Assembly: GCA_918797485.1 (NCBI GenBank)
Contig: CAKKNE010000005.1
Location: forward strand, 3,224,001-3,288,000
DNA: 64,000 nucleotides
Origin: Pelagomonas calceolata
Taxonomy: Eukaryota
Direction of reading: 5' to 3'
Under the pieces are notes generated by a model. It did not search any database. It saw nothing but the letters and a program-made list of their open reading frames with translations, and was not told where the DNA came from. Positions 40,256 through 51,281 of this stretch are shown here, in pieces (within the stretch, counting starts at the first letter, position 1; the number at the start of each line of letters is the position of its first letter). Position numbers and translations under genes: made by a program.

Positions 40256-40453
40256 GCTTTGGCTTTGTTCGCTCGATTGTTTGTATTTGCACTGTGCTGT
40301 GGGCTGGCCACAGGTGGGGTTTGGGCGGCCGCCAGTCAGTCAGATTTGGCACAGCGCTCGGAGGGGGCTGTGGAAAGATGACGCAGCCTGCGCGTAACCC
40401 GTGCCGCCCCAGAGGCACGCGGCATGCGCGTTTTTGTCACGCTGCTGCTTTTG

Positions 40454-40474
40454 CTAGTGTCTTACAGACGCTAG
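40454..40474 (-). promoter_or_regulatory. Paired-CTAG box in a divergent promoter
   Basis: Reverse complement CTAGCGTCTGTAAGACACTAG. Confidence 0.65.
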
Positions 40475-40701
40475 CGCAGAGATTTTGGAACAGCTCCTAG
40501 TTGTCTTCAGGGACTCCTAGCGACGCAACAGACACCGTCTTTGCAGCTTTGCAGCCTCCGCTCTCAGCCCCTGCTTGCCCTCTGCAGTCTGCGTCTAGCC
40601 GCTGCAGGTGGCCGCGCGTGCACTCAACCGCTATCGCTGTTGCCCACATATCATCCGTTTGCACCAAATAAGCTGTCGCAAAAGTGCTGGGAGCAACAAG
40701 C

Positions 40702-41427
40702 ATGATCAGACGACGAGCCGCGCTCCTCCTCGCCGCGGCGGCGTCCGTCGCGGGCTTCACGCCGGCCAGGCCCCTCCCCGCGGCGGCGCGCGTGCACGCT
40801 GACAAGCCGAGGCAGTCCGTCGTGATGATGCCCATCGGCGTGCCGAAGGTCGCGTACCGCGTGCCGGGCGCGCCGTCGGCCGACTGGATCGACATCTACA
40901 ACCGGTTGTATCGGGAGCGCATCATTTTCCTGGGCCAGGAAATTGATGATGAACTGGCGAACCAGATCATTGGGGTCATGCTGTACCTCGACAGCGAAGA
41001 TTCGACGAAGCCGATCTACCTGTACATCAACTGCCCCGGCGGGAGCGTCATCGCTGGGTTAGCGATTTTTGATACGATGAACCACATCAAGTCGCGGGTC
41101 GTGACGATCAACGTCGGGTTATCCGCCTCGATGGCTTCCTTCCTCTTATGTGGTGGTACCAAAGGATCTCGTTTAGCACTACCGAACAGCCGAGTCATGA
41201 TCCACCAGCCCATGGGCGGCGCCCAGGGCCAGGCCGAGGACATCAAAGTAGAAGCGGCCCAGATCGTGCGCATCAAGGAGAACCTCGTCAAGCTCTACTC
41301 GATGATGACGGGCCAGACGACGGACCAGATCATCAAGGATTTGGACCGGGACAACTTCATGAGCGCGCAGGAGGCGTGCAGCTATGGCATCGTCGACAAG
41401 GTCATCGACGTGGACTACACGAAGTAG
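40702..41427 (+). CDS. clpP: Plastid-targeted Clp protease proteolytic subunit
   Basis: Signal peptide ending [12 protein letters not shown]...[43 protein letters not shown]. Confidence 0.93.
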   Translation: MIRRRAALLLAAAASVAGFTPARPLPAAARVHADKPRQSVVMMPIGVPKVAYRVPGAPSADWIDIYNRLYRERIIFLGQEIDDELANQIIGVMLYLDSEDSTKPIYLYINCPGGSVIAGLAIFDTMNHIKSRVVTINVGLSASMASFLLCGGTKGSRLALPNSRVMIHQPMGGAQGQAEDIKVEAAQIVRIKENLVKLYSMMTGQTTDQIIKDLDRDNFMSAQEACSYGIVDKVIDVDYTK

Positions 41428-41453
41428 GTGGGCGTAAGTACTAGTATACAACA

Positions 41454-42698
41454 TTAGACACGTCGCTTCTCGCGCCGCTTCTGCCGCCGCGACTTCTTCG
41501 TCTCCGCGCAGAAGAGCGACTCGCTCGCGGCCGCGGCCCTCAGTACGTCATCGACGTTCGGGAGCGCCTCCACGAGCCTCGCGAGCCAGCCCGCGAGGTC
41601 AGCCCTCGAGTCGCCGAGCTGGCGCGAGTACGACTCCGCGTCGGGATGCTCGCTCACCATCTCGACGAGCCGTCGCAACAAAAACAGCTTGGAAACGTCG
41701 TCACAGCGACCAAACAAAACGCAGCACAGATCTAGGTGGAAGAGGACCGCGTTGTACTGGACCTCGCCGTCGCCGTCGGTGAAGGGCGCGTCGCCGGCGT
41801 CTTCCGGCACGCCGACAGCGAACGCGAACATACGCGGGGAGCTGGTGGGCGGCCCGGCGTGGACGTCGTTGCCGCCCGCGCTGAGGAGCGTGCCGGGCGC
41901 GCAGGTCAACGCGAGGCGCCGCGCCACCGGCTGGTAGAGCTTGCCGAAGCACCGGAGCGCGTCGTCAATAGTCCGCCAGAACTTGAAACGTCCCTCCAGT
42001 TGCCGCCTGCCCTCCTCCACAAGCAGTCGACGGAGCGCCGCCGGCACGTCGAGGCCGCCCTCCTCCCAGAGCGCCACCAGCGCGGCAGCGCTGTCCACGG
42101 CCGGCCCGTCCGGGGCGTAGACGACGGTGGACGGACAGTCGCGCGACATGTAGCAGCACAGCTGCCGGTTGGGGACCATGGCGTCTATATGCCTAATTTG
42201 GCCGCTCGTCGGGCCGAACGCCAGCACGAGCATGAAATTGTCCAGCTTCTCGACGTCCCGACACCTCAGCATGTGTCTTCGAATCCTCTCGACCTGTGTG
42301 GAAATTAAATTTCAGGGGCCCCACGCCATCGAGGCGATGTTGCCTCCATAAATGCGTCTGCTCGATGGCGTAGAGGTTTCCACACAGCTCCCCACCGTCA
42401 GACCGCCCCCAAAATTGCGAAGTAGCCGCGATACTACGCTCTCCTCGTCGTCTGTGATCTCCACGCGATAGATCGCGTGCTCGCCGCCGCCCTGCAGCTC
42501 GCCTACGGAGCCGTCGTGATTTTCTTGAAGAATGGCAAGCGACTGCCGCGGCTGCTCCTCGAGCACGAACGTCGCGAACGCCTCCATCAGCGTCGCCGTC
42601 GCTTCCTCGCGCTCGCTCGCCGGTTCGATGCATTCGACTCCCATTGCTTCCATCTCTCGTTTGATATGGGCCTCGTCGGCGCCATGCAGTGCTGCCAT
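41454..42698 (-). CDS. Hypothetical protein; exons 42698-42396 and 42293-41454
   Basis: Two ORFs join in phase 0 (GGLT|VERIRRHMLRC) across an introner; QIRHID and VHAGP could be 2OG-Fe(II)/cupin-type residues (weak). Confidence 0.72.
42294..42395 (-). mobile_element. Introner intron (102 nt) with perfect 11-bp TIRs
   Basis: CTGTGTGGAAA (42294) ... TTTCCACACAG (42387); TSD GTGGGGAG vs GTCGAGAG, 6/8; internal ACGCCATCGAG...CTCGATGGCGT. Confidence 0.9.
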
Positions 42699-42870
42699 TG
42701 GAGAGCTGCAGTGTGCAGCGCTCGTACAGCTGCTCAGAGCTGGCTCACAGCAATGGCATGCGTCCGGCCGAGTAATAATAGGTCATTTTCTCGCACGCAC
42801 AGCTTTAGGCTCGTCTTTTTTATGCCTCAGCGCGCCGCCAGCGTCGCTCTAGAGGGTCTTCACAATAGCA

Positions 42871-43578
42871 TTATTCGATCTCGTCCCCCCACGCGTAGAA
42901 AAAGCTGTCCTTCGCGAGCGTCGCGAGGAGCCCCAGCAGGACGCACTGTACCGCGAAGCGGACGTAGTGGAACGTCAGCGGCAGGGGCCCCGTGCCCATC
43001 GTCGCGCCGTGCGTGTACATGTAGATGTTCGCCGGCGTCACCGCGATGGTCAATAACAAGAGACCAGCACACGCTACCGGCGGGAGCCATTTCAGAGGAG
43101 CCTCGAGCTCGACGCCTGCGAGCGCCGCCGCGCCGCCCGCCACCAGCGTCGCGCCGCCGACGAGTTCCGCCTGGCCCGTCCAAGCCACATGAAATGCCGG
43201 CGCCGTGGGCACGGGCCAGAGGCCCCACGTTCCGAAGGGCGGCGTGATTGCGCGGAAGGCGTCGGCAGCAGCAAAGTGCCCGACGCCGGCGGCGACGTAG
43301 AGGAGGCCGAGGCCGAGGAATGCGATTTCCACAAATTTCCGCCAGGCCTCTGCGCCGGCGCCGGTTTTTTGAGTCGCCGATCGAAGCGCGTCGAGGGCCG
43401 CGTTGCTCGCGACGGCGCCTCCACCGATGCCGCCCGCGCAGCCGAGGAATACCACGGCCTGAAGCGGCACCGGGAGGCCGTCGACGCCGGACGGCGCGAT
43501 CTGCCGGCGCGTGAGACGTCTTCGTCTGACTGGTGCTTGCAGCGCGGTCGCGCAGACGGCGAGATAAAGCACGCGCAT
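42871..43578 (-). CDS. DoxX-like membrane protein, probably plastid-targeted
   Basis: YVAAGVGHF...ITPP...WTGQAELVGG...VTPANIYMY; N-terminal signal and transit-like peptide. Confidence 0.75.
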   Translation of the reverse strand: MRVLYLAVCATALQAPVRRRRLTRRQIAPSGVDGLPVPLQAVVFLGCAGGIGGGAVASNAALDALRSATQKTGAGAEAWRKFVEIAFLGLGLLYVAAGVGHFAAADAFRAITPPFGTWGLWPVPTAPAFHVAWTGQAELVGGATLVAGGAAALAGVELEAPLKWLPPVACAGLLLLTIAVTPANIYMYTHGATMGTGPLPLTFHYVRFAVQCVLLGLLATLAKDSFFYAWGDEIE

Positions 43579-44372
43579 CACAGACAGCCCACCTCTTTGA
43601 AGCAGAGCAGCCCCGGCTGCGACAGCGGGCAGCCGGACTCTTGCCAGCCGAGCCGGATGAGTTCACAGGACACGACGAACGCGAACACGAACGCGAACTC
43701 GAGCTCGCGCCAAACCTGGTCCGCGACGTGCCAGCTGTTCATTTATTTTAGCACTTGTGCAGAGTGAGAGCACTGCTCGACTTCGAGGCTACGAGCACTG
43801 CCAAAACTCTTGTGGCGGCCACGCAGCGTATGACAGAGATCCGAGACAATGCGCAGGTCACGAATAACCCCGCGTAACCACCGTCTACGTACGACGTGCA
43901 ATGCGAGCTGTGTGTGCCTCTGGGCGGCGCGGCCGCAGGCGCTGCAGCTGTAGAGAGGTCGGATTCGTGCCCTATAGTAGGTCCTCGATGACGGATAGGG
44001 AGGAAACCGCAGCACAGACGGGCGCAGGGCCAAAAACACCCCACTGCCGGCAACGCGTCGGGGCAGCCAGCGAGCCCGTGCCACGCCTGGGGGCTGCCCC
44101 CACGCGTGGTCGAAGAGCTTGCAAGTCCCGACTGCGGAATAGGGGGGTCACACCGGGCAGGCGCAAACCGTCGGGCTGCCGGTGCACAAAAACCGGTGTG
44201 ACTGCTGCCCGCCTGCCTAGGCAAGCAAGGCAACCGGTCCCCTCGCAACAACGCGGCCCCAGTCGCGCGCGCGAGGCCGACGCACGAAAGAAGCAGCAGC
44301 GACGAGCGGCTGCGACCGTAGCCCAAGCTGCCCCTCACACGTCCAGCGCTGCGGCGCAGCACCAACGATACG

Positions 44373-47300
44373 ATGCCCGCGAGAGGAGGCGAGGAGGTCA
44401 TTATCGACGATTTTAAGAGCAGCGGCGCGCGGAGCCGCGTGCCGAGCCGCTTCCGCGACCGCCAGCCCGGCGAGCGGCCGCGCGCTTCTTCCAGAGAACG
44501 GCGCAGCGTCGGGGGCCGCCCGCGGCCGACGGGCGTGTCCACGACGTCCAGTCGAGGCACGTACCGCATGGGCGAGACCGTCGAGGCGCGCTACAAGAAC
44601 GGCAGCCAGTACTACAAAGGAAATATCGTGTCCGTCAACTCGAACGGGACCTACGACATCCGCTACGACGACGGCGACGAGGAGCGCAACGTCTCGGCCT
44701 ATAAGATTCGGAGGAAGGCCGGCGCCGCGGCTTCCACCAAACTAAGGGAAGGCGACGCCGTCGAGGCGCGCTACCGGGGCCGGGAAAAGTACTACAAAGG
44801 CAAGATTTCGCGGGATCGCATGGATGGGACGTATGACATTAACTATGACGACGGCGAGAAGGAGTTACGGGTCGAGGAGCGGCTTATCCGGAAGCTGTCG
44901 GACGACTCGATCTCGCCGCGGCCGGCGTCCGACAATTTCCGAGAGGGCGACAAGGTCGAGGCCCGCTATAGAGGTAGGGAGAAGTACTACCCCGGCAAGA
45001 TTTCAAGAGATAGAGGCGACGGGACCTACGACATTGCCTACGACGACGGCGAGCGCGAGACGCGCGTCGAGGCCAAACTGATAAGATCGAAGGACGGCGG
45101 CGGCTCCTCCGATAAGTTAAGGGAGGGTGATGAAATAGAGGCGCGCTACCGCGGCCGCGAGAAGTACTACAAAGGGACTATATCAAGAGACCGCGGCGAC
45201 GGCACCTACGACATTGCCTACGACGACGGGGAGAAGGAGACGCGCGTCGAGGAGCGTTTGATCAGAAAGCGGGAGCGGGGCTCGTCGCGGTCGCGGTCGC
45301 GCGGCGCCGACGATCGTCTCAGCGAGGGCGACAAGGTGGAAGCCGATTATCGGGGCCGGGGCAAGTTCTACCCCGGCAAAATCACGAGGGACCGCGGCGA
45401 CGACACGTACGACATCGCCTACGACGACGGCGAGCGCGAGATTCGCGTCGCCAAGAGATTGATTAGGAAGATTGGAGGGGGCTCGGACAGCTTCCGCGAG
45501 GGCGACAAGATCGAGGCGGATTATCGCGGCCGGGGCAAGTTCTACCCCGGCAAAATTAGTAGGGACCGCGGGGACGACACGTACGACATCGACTATGATG
45601 ATGGAGAGCGCGAGACGCGCGTCGCGAAGCGGCTCATCCGGTCCAAGGAGGGCTCGGGCGGAAGCTCGAAGCTCGAGGAAGGGGACAAGGTCGAGGCGAG
45701 ATATCGCGGCCGGGAGAAGTATTACCCCGGGAAGATCACAAGAGACCGGGGCGACGGGACCTACGACATTAGCTATGACGATGGGGAGCGCGAGACGAGG
45801 GTCGAAGAGCGCCTGATCAAAAAGAAGGACGGCGGCGGCGGCTCGGACAGCTTCCGCGAGGGCGACAAGATCGAAGCCGATTATAGAGGCCGCGGCAAGT
45901 TCTATCCGGGCAAAATTAGCAGAGACCGCGGGGACGACACCTACGATATTGACTACGACGACGGCGAGCGGGAAACGCGCGTCTCGAAGCGCTTGATTCG
46001 GTCCAAGGACGGTGGCTCCGGCTCGAGCGACAAGCTCGAGGAGGGCGACAAGGTGGAGGCGCGCTATCGCGGCCGCGAGAAGTACTACCCTGGGAAAATC
46101 ACTCGGGACCGCGGCGACGGGACCTACGACATTAGCTATGACGATGGGGAGCGCGAGACGCGCGTGGAAGAGCGCCTGATCCGCAAGAAGGACCGCGACC
46201 GCTCGCGGTCCCGCTCGCGCGGCGGTGATGATCGTTTAAGCGAGGGCGACAAGGTCGAAGCCGATTATCGGGGCCGCGGCAAATTCTACAAGGGCAAGAT
46301 CTCTAGAGATAGAGGCGACGACACGTACGACATCGCCTACGACGACGGCGAGCGCGAGCTGCGCGTCGCCAAGAGGTTGATCCGCAAGCTCGACGGCGGC
46401 TCGAGCGACTCGTTCCGCGAAGGCGACAAGGTCGAGGCCGATTATAGAGGCCGGGGCAAGTTCTACAAGGGCAAGATCTCCAGAGACCGCGGCGACGATA
46501 CGTATGATATTGCCTACGACGACGGCGAGCGGGAAATGCGCGTCTCAAAACGGCTCATCCGCAAGCTCGACGGCGGCTCTGGAGGTGACTCGTTCCGCGA
46601 AGGCGACAAGATCGAGGCCGACTACCGCGGCCGCGGCAAATTCTACCCCGGGAAGATCAGCCGAGACCGCGGGGACGATACGTACGACATCGCCTACGAC
46701 GACGGCGAGCGCGAGACGCGGGTGGCGAAGCGCCTGATCCGGTCGACGGGCGGCGGTGGTGGTGGCAGCGATCGTCTGGAGGAAGGGGACAAGGTCGAAG
46801 CTGATTACCGAGGCCGAGGCAAGTTCTACCCCGGGAAAATCACCCGAGACCGCGGCGACGACACCTACGACATCTCCTACGACGACGGGGAGCGTGAGAC
46901 GCGCGTAGCGAAGCGCCTGATCCGCAAGCTCGACGGCGGCAGCTCCGGAGGCCGCCTGCGCGAGGGCGATCGCATCGAAGCCGACTACCGCGGCCGCGGC
47001 AAGTTCTATCCCGGTAAGATTACGAGGGACCGCGGTGATGATACGTACGACATCGACTATGATGATGGAGAGCGCGAGACGCGCGTCGCGAAGCGCCTCA
47101 TCCGGTCCAAGGACGGTGGCGGCGGCGACGACAAATTGCGCGAGGGTGACTTGGTCGAGGCGCGATACAGAGGCCGGGAGAAGTACTACAAGGGCAAGAT
47201 TTCGCGAGACCGCGGCGACGGGACCTACGATATTGCCTACGACGACGGGGAGAAGGAGACGAGGGTCGAGGAGCGTTTGATCAGAAAGCGGGAGCGGGGC

Positions 47301-50141
47301 TCGTCGCGGTCGCGGTCGCGCGGCGCCGACGATCGTCTCAGCGAGGGCGACAAGGTGGAAGCCGATTATCGGGGCCGGGGCAAATTCTACCCCGGCAAAA
47401 TCACGAGGGACCGCGGCGACGACACGTACGACATTTCCTACGACGACGGCGAGCGCGAGATTCGCGTCGCCAAGAGATTGATTAGGAAGATTGGAGGGGG
47501 CTCGGACAGCTTCCGCGAGGGCGACAAGATCGAGGCGGATTATCGCGGCCGGGGCAAGTTCTACCCCGGCAAAATTAGTAGGGACCGCGGGGACGACACG
47601 TACGACATCGACTATGATGATGGAGAGCGCGAGACGCGCGTCGCGAAGCGGCTCATCCGGTCCAAGGAGGGCTCGGGCGGAAGCTCGAAGCTCGAGGAAG
47701 GGGACAAGGTCGAGGCGAGATATCGCGGCCGGGAGAAGTATTACCCCGGGAAGATCACAAGAGACCGGGGCGACGGGACCTACGACATTAGCTATGACGA
47801 TGGGGAGCGCGAGACGAGGGTCGAAGAGCGCCTGATCAAAAAGAAGGACGGCGGCGGCGGCTCGGACAGCTTCCGCGAGGGCGACAAGATCGAAGCCGAT
47901 TATAGAGGCCGCGGCAAGTTCTATCCGGGCAAAATTAGCAGAGACCGCGGGGACGACACCTACGATATTGACTACGACGACGGCGAGCGGGAAACGCGCG
48001 TCTCCAAGCGCCTGATTCGGTCCAAGGACGGTGGCGGAAGCTCGAAGCTCGAGGAGGGCGACAAGGTGGAGGCGCGCTATCGCGGCCGCGAGAAGTATTA
48101 CCCTGGGAAAATCACTCGGGACCGCGGCGACGGGACCTACGACATTAGCTATGACGATGGGGAGCGCGAGACGCGCGTGGAAGAGCGCCTGATCCGCAAG
48201 AAGGACCGCGACCGCTCGCGGTCCCGCTCGCGCGGCGGTGATGATCGTTTAAGCGAGGGCGACAAGGTCGAAGCCGATTATCGGGGCCGCGGCAAATTCT
48301 ACAAGGGCAAGATCTCTAGAGATAGAGGCGACGACACGTACGACATCGCCTACGACGACGGCGAGCGCGAGCTGCGCGTCGCCAAGAGGTTGATCCGCAA
48401 GCTCGACGGCGGCTCGAGCGACTCGTTCCGCGAAGGCGACAAGGTCGAGGCCGATTATAGAGGCCGGGGCAAGTTCTACAAGGGCAAGATCTCGCGGGAC
48501 CGCGGTGATGATACGTATGATATTGCCTACGACGACGGCGAGCGCGAGACGAGAGTCGCGAAGCGGCTCATCCGCAAGCTCGACGGCGGCTCTGGAGGTG
48601 ACTCGTTCCGCGAAGGCGACAAGATCGAGGCTGATTATAGAGGCCGGGGCAAATTCTATCCCGGGAAGATCAGCCGAGACCGCGGGGACGATACGTACGA
48701 CATCGCCTACGACGACGGCGAGCGAGAGACGCGGGTGGCGAAGCGGCTCATTAGGTCCAAGGACGGCGGTGGCTCCTCAAGCGACTCCTTCCGCGAGGGT
48801 GACAAGATCGAGGCGAGATACAGAGGCCGCGAGAAGTACTATCCGGGCAAGATCGATCGAGACCGGCGCGACGGCACCTACGACATTGCCTACGACGACG
48901 GGGAGCGCGAGACGCGCGTCGAGGGCCGCCTCATCCGCGCGAAGGAGTCATCTTCTTCCTCGTCCGGCGAGAAGTTCTACCTCGGCGACAAGGTCGACGC
49001 GCGATACAGGGGTAGGGAAAAGTACTACCCCGGCAAGGTGGGGAGGGCCCACGCCGACGGCACTTATGATATCGACTATGACGACGGGGAGAAGGAGACG
49101 CGCGTCGAGGGGCGGTTGCTGCGGCGGCGCGGCGCCGGCGACTCGCCGCGCGCGCGGTCGCGGTCGCCCGAGCGGCGCTCGTCTAGAGAACGTTCAAGGG
49201 AGCGGTCGCGGTCTCGAAGGTCGCCCTCGCCCCGAAGGCGGTCGCGGTCGCCGTCGCCTAGGCGATCGTCCGGTTCAGGAGCGTTCCGGGAAGGCGACCG
49301 CGTCGAGGCCCGGTTCCGGGGGCGAGAAAAGTACTACCCCGGGACCATCCGGACGGATCGGGGCGACGGCACCTACGACGTGTCCTACGACGACGGCGCC
49401 ACGGAGACGCGCGTGCGCGAGGACCACATCCGCTCCCGGAAGGACGACGACGGTCCCGATCTAAGGAGCGGCGACACGTGCGAGGCGAGGTATAGAGGTA
49501 GGGACAAGTGGTACCCCGGCACTATCAAGAGGAAGCACTCCGATGGCACCTTTGATATTGACTATGACGATGGGGAAAGCGAGCGCAACGTCAAGGGAGG
49601 TCATGTCCGAGAGAAGGGTCGACGAGGCCGCTCTAGGTCCCCGAATTCGGATGATGACGAGGCTCGGAAATTACGAAGGAAGCTCAGGGATCTGGAGGAC
49701 AAGATAACTACGGACCGAGCGCGGTCTTTGTCTAGATCAGATGACAGGAGGAGATCTCGAAGCCCGGACGACATCGAGAGTCTGAAGCGGGAAAACCGCG
49801 AGCTCCGCAAGACGCTCCAACGGGGCGGCGCGACCTTCGGTGCCACGCGTTCATCGACCTCTAGGGCACCGCCCTGGCACGGCATGGTGAACCAGGACGA
49901 CGACGTGATAGACGAACTCGTGGGCGCCATCGGCACGTCCCACGGCTCCGTGGGCCAGTGGCTGAACACGTCGGCGACGCCGCTCGAGAAGCGCAACTTC
50001 GTCGAGTTCGTCCAGTGCCTCGAGGAGTTCGAGGGCCGGCACGGGCTCACGCCGGCGAACCGGTCGGCGGACGACGTCTCGGGCACGATCAACCTGGCGC
50101 TGGGGCCGACGATCAAGTGCTCCCTGAAGTTCCTCGTCTAG
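44373..50141 (+). CDS. Poly-Tudor-like repeat protein (27 repeats) with RS-rich linkers
   Basis: Repeat unit [LF]xEGDKVEA[RD]YRGR[EG]K[YF]YPGKIxRDRGD[GD]TYDIxYDDGExE counted 27 times; RSRS tracts; coiled-coil-like C-terminal part. Confidence 0.88.
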   Translation: MPARGGEEVIIDDFKSSGARSRVPSRFRDRQPGERPRASSRERRSVGGRPRPTGVSTTSSRGTYRMGETVEARYKNGSQYYKGNIVSVNSNGTYDIRYDDGDEERNVSAYKIRRKAGAAASTKLREGDAVEARYRGREKYYKGKISRDRMDGTYDINYDDGEKELRVEERLIRKLSDDSISPRPASDNFREGDKVEARYRGREKYYPGKISRDRGDGTYDIAYDDGERETRVEAKLIRSKDGGGSSDKLREGDEIEARYRGREKYYKGTISRDRGDGTYDIAYDDGEKETRVEERLIRKRERGSSRSRSRGADDRLSEGDKVEADYRGRGKFYPGKITRDRGDDTYDIAYDDGEREIRVAKRLIRKIGGGSDSFREGDKIEADYRGRGKFYPGKISRDRGDDTYDIDYDDGERETRVAKRLIRSKEGSGGSSKLEEGDKVEARYRGREKYYPGKITRDRGDGTYDISYDDGERETRVEERLIKKKDGGGGSDSFREGDKIEADYRGRGKFYPGKISRDRGDDTYDIDYDDGERETRVSKRLIRSKDGGSGSSDKLEEGDKVEARYRGREKYYPGKITRDRGDGTYDISYDDGERETRVEERLIRKKDRDRSRSRSRGGDDRLSEGDKVEADYRGRGKFYKGKISRDRGDDTYDIAYDDGERELRVAKRLIRKLDGGSSDSFREGDKVEADYRGRGKFYKGKISRDRGDDTYDIAYDDGEREMRVSKRLIRKLDGGSGGDSFREGDKIEADYRGRGKFYPGKISRDRGDDTYDIAYDDGERETRVAKRLIRSTGGGGGGSDRLEEGDKVEADYRGRGKFYPGKITRDRGDDTYDISYDDGERETRVAKRLIRKLDGGSSGGRLREGDRIEADYRGRGKFYPGKITRDRGDDTYDIDYDDGERETRVAKRLIRSKDGGGGDDKLREGDLVEARYRGREKYYKGKISRDRGDGTYDIAYDDGEKETRVEERLIRKRERGSSRSRSRGADDRLSEGDKVEADYRGRGKFYPGKITRDRGDDTYDISYDDGEREIRVAKRLIRKIGGGSDSFREGDKIEADYRGRGKFYPGKISRDRGDDTYDIDYDDGERETRVAKRLIRSKEGSGGSSKLEEGDKVEARYRGREKYYPGKITRDRGDGTYDISYDDGERETRVEERLIKKKDGGGGSDSFREGDKIEADYRGRGKFYPGKISRDRGDDTYDIDYDDGERETRVSKRLIRSKDGGGSSKLEEGDKVEARYRGREKYYPGKITRDRGDGTYDISYDDGERETRVEERLIRKKDRDRSRSRSRGGDDRLSEGDKVEADYRGRGKFYKGKISRDRGDDTYDIAYDDGERELRVAKRLIRKLDGGSSDSFREGDKVEADYRGRGKFYKGKISRDRGDDTYDIAYDDGERETRVAKRLIRKLDGGSGGDSFREGDKIEADYRGRGKFYPGKISRDRGDDTYDIAYDDGERETRVAKRLIRSKDGGGSSSDSFREGDKIEARYRGREKYYPGKIDRDRRDGTYDIAYDDGERETRVEGRLIRAKESSSSSSGEKFYLGDKVDARYRGREKYYPGKVGRAHADGTYDIDYDDGEKETRVEGRLLRRRGAGDSPRARSRSPERRSSRERSRERSRSRRSPSPRRRSRSPSPRRSSGSGAFREGDRVEARFRGREKYYPGTIRTDRGDGTYDVSYDDGATETRVREDHIRSRKDDDGPDLRSGDTCEARYRGRDKWYPGTIKRKHSDGTFDIDYDDGESERNVKGGHVREKGRRGRSRSPNSDDDEARKLRRKLRDLEDKITTDRARSLSRSDDRRRSRSPDDIESLKRENRELRKTLQRGGATFGATRSSTSRAPPWHGMVNQDDDVIDELVGAIGTSHGSVGQWLNTSATPLEKRNFVEFVQCLEEFEGRHGLTPANRSADDVSGTINLALGPTIKCSLKFLV

Positions 50142-50183
50142 GGCGCGGGGCCCTTGGGTAACCAAATCTTCATACACATTACA

Positions 50184-50840
50184 CTAGCGCTCGCGGTCGG
50201 CGGGGGGCGGGTACTGCTCAAAAATTTCGCCTAAGGCGCGCTCGAATTCGTCGGCGGTACACGTTCCTTCCTCGAGGTCAAACTTCAAGAAATCTAGGCA
50301 ATCCATAACATCCTCCGGGAAAGTATGGCCTGCGGCGCATCTGCGGGAGTGGCCGCTTCTCCAGTCGGCGGATTGGCAACGCTCATTACAGTAGCGCCTC
50401 GCGCCACAATAGCACACGTTCAAACGCGGTTCTTTGAACGTGCCCTGCCGACCGCAGTTGTCACAAACACGCCGTAGGAAATGCCTCGCGACTCGCCTAT
50501 CGGGATTATTACGGGGAATTTCGTTGTCCGTAATATCTCCCCGACGGACCATCGTCTCGAAGTCTCTCACCGAGAAGAGCTCCGAGCCATTCCTGATGTT
50601 GTAGAATGAGAGTCTGCGGCTGTCCTCTAGTTTCACATGCTCAAAGATGAGGAAAGGCCTTGGGGTCGGAGGGAAGAGAGTTCCCGTCAGCTTTTCCTTG
50701 AGTTTGTAGACCGTCATCTCGGCGACCACCTCCAGCTCGCACACCTGGCCAGAGAGACTCTTGACGATGATTTGGAAGGTCTTCGGGGGCTTAGTAGTCT
50801 TTTTCGGATTCACGCGTCCCTTGCGGCGGCGCGGCGCCAT
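50184..50840 (-). CDS. Ubiquitin-like domain plus MYND zinc-finger protein
   Basis: FQIIVKSLSG...LIFEHVKLEDSRRLSFYNI; CDNC...CYCGARRYCNERCQSADWRSGHSRRC. Confidence 0.8.
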   Translation of the reverse strand: MAPRRRKGRVNPKKTTKPPKTFQIIVKSLSGQVCELEVVAEMTVYKLKEKLTGTLFPPTPRPFLIFEHVKLEDSRRLSFYNIRNGSELFSVRDFETMVRRGDITDNEIPRNNPDRRVARHFLRRVCDNCGRQGTFKEPRLNVCYCGARRYCNERCQSADWRSGHSRRCAAGHTFPEDVMDCLDFLKFDLEEGTCTADEFERALGEIFEQYPPPADRER

Positions 50841-51281
50841 CGGTCTGCCTGCCCGGGTCCAGTTCAGTCCGGCGGCCAGTGCACCGATGTATTAAAGGCG
50901 GGTGGGCGGATGAATGAGTGGCGCAACGTAGCGCAGGCGGCTTATGCACTATCCCAAGGTGGTCCACTTTGCTGGCATGCCACACCCACCCCGCGCGGCA
51001 GTTGCGGCGACGGCGTTGACGACCGAGAGGACTTCAAATATCGACGTCTCTCGGGGCAGCCGCAGTTCTTTGGGGGGCTAGTTGGTTTTTGCGACCTCTG
51101 GGCTGTGCCTTTGTCTCTGCTGCAGGCTGGCGACATTGGCCAGCATAACTCTCCGCATTGCTTCCCTGAGCACGTCACGTTCCTGGCACAGCCGCACGAG
51201 TCATCGACACGTCGATATTAACAGCCCTAACTCATCAACGAGGCGCACGTACCGCGTTTGCAGCAGCTGCAGCACAGCACC

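Noticed and set aside
43600..44370. Small ORFs and ACGAACGCGAAC repeats in the 0.8-kb divergent spacer
   Set aside because: Short, motif-free ORFs and a trivial repeat; no support for a gene or RNA.
44560..49620. Regular ~180-nt repeats as a CRISPR array or satellite
   Set aside because: The repeats are in frame, vary mainly at synonymous sites and have no unique spacers; they are protein repeats.
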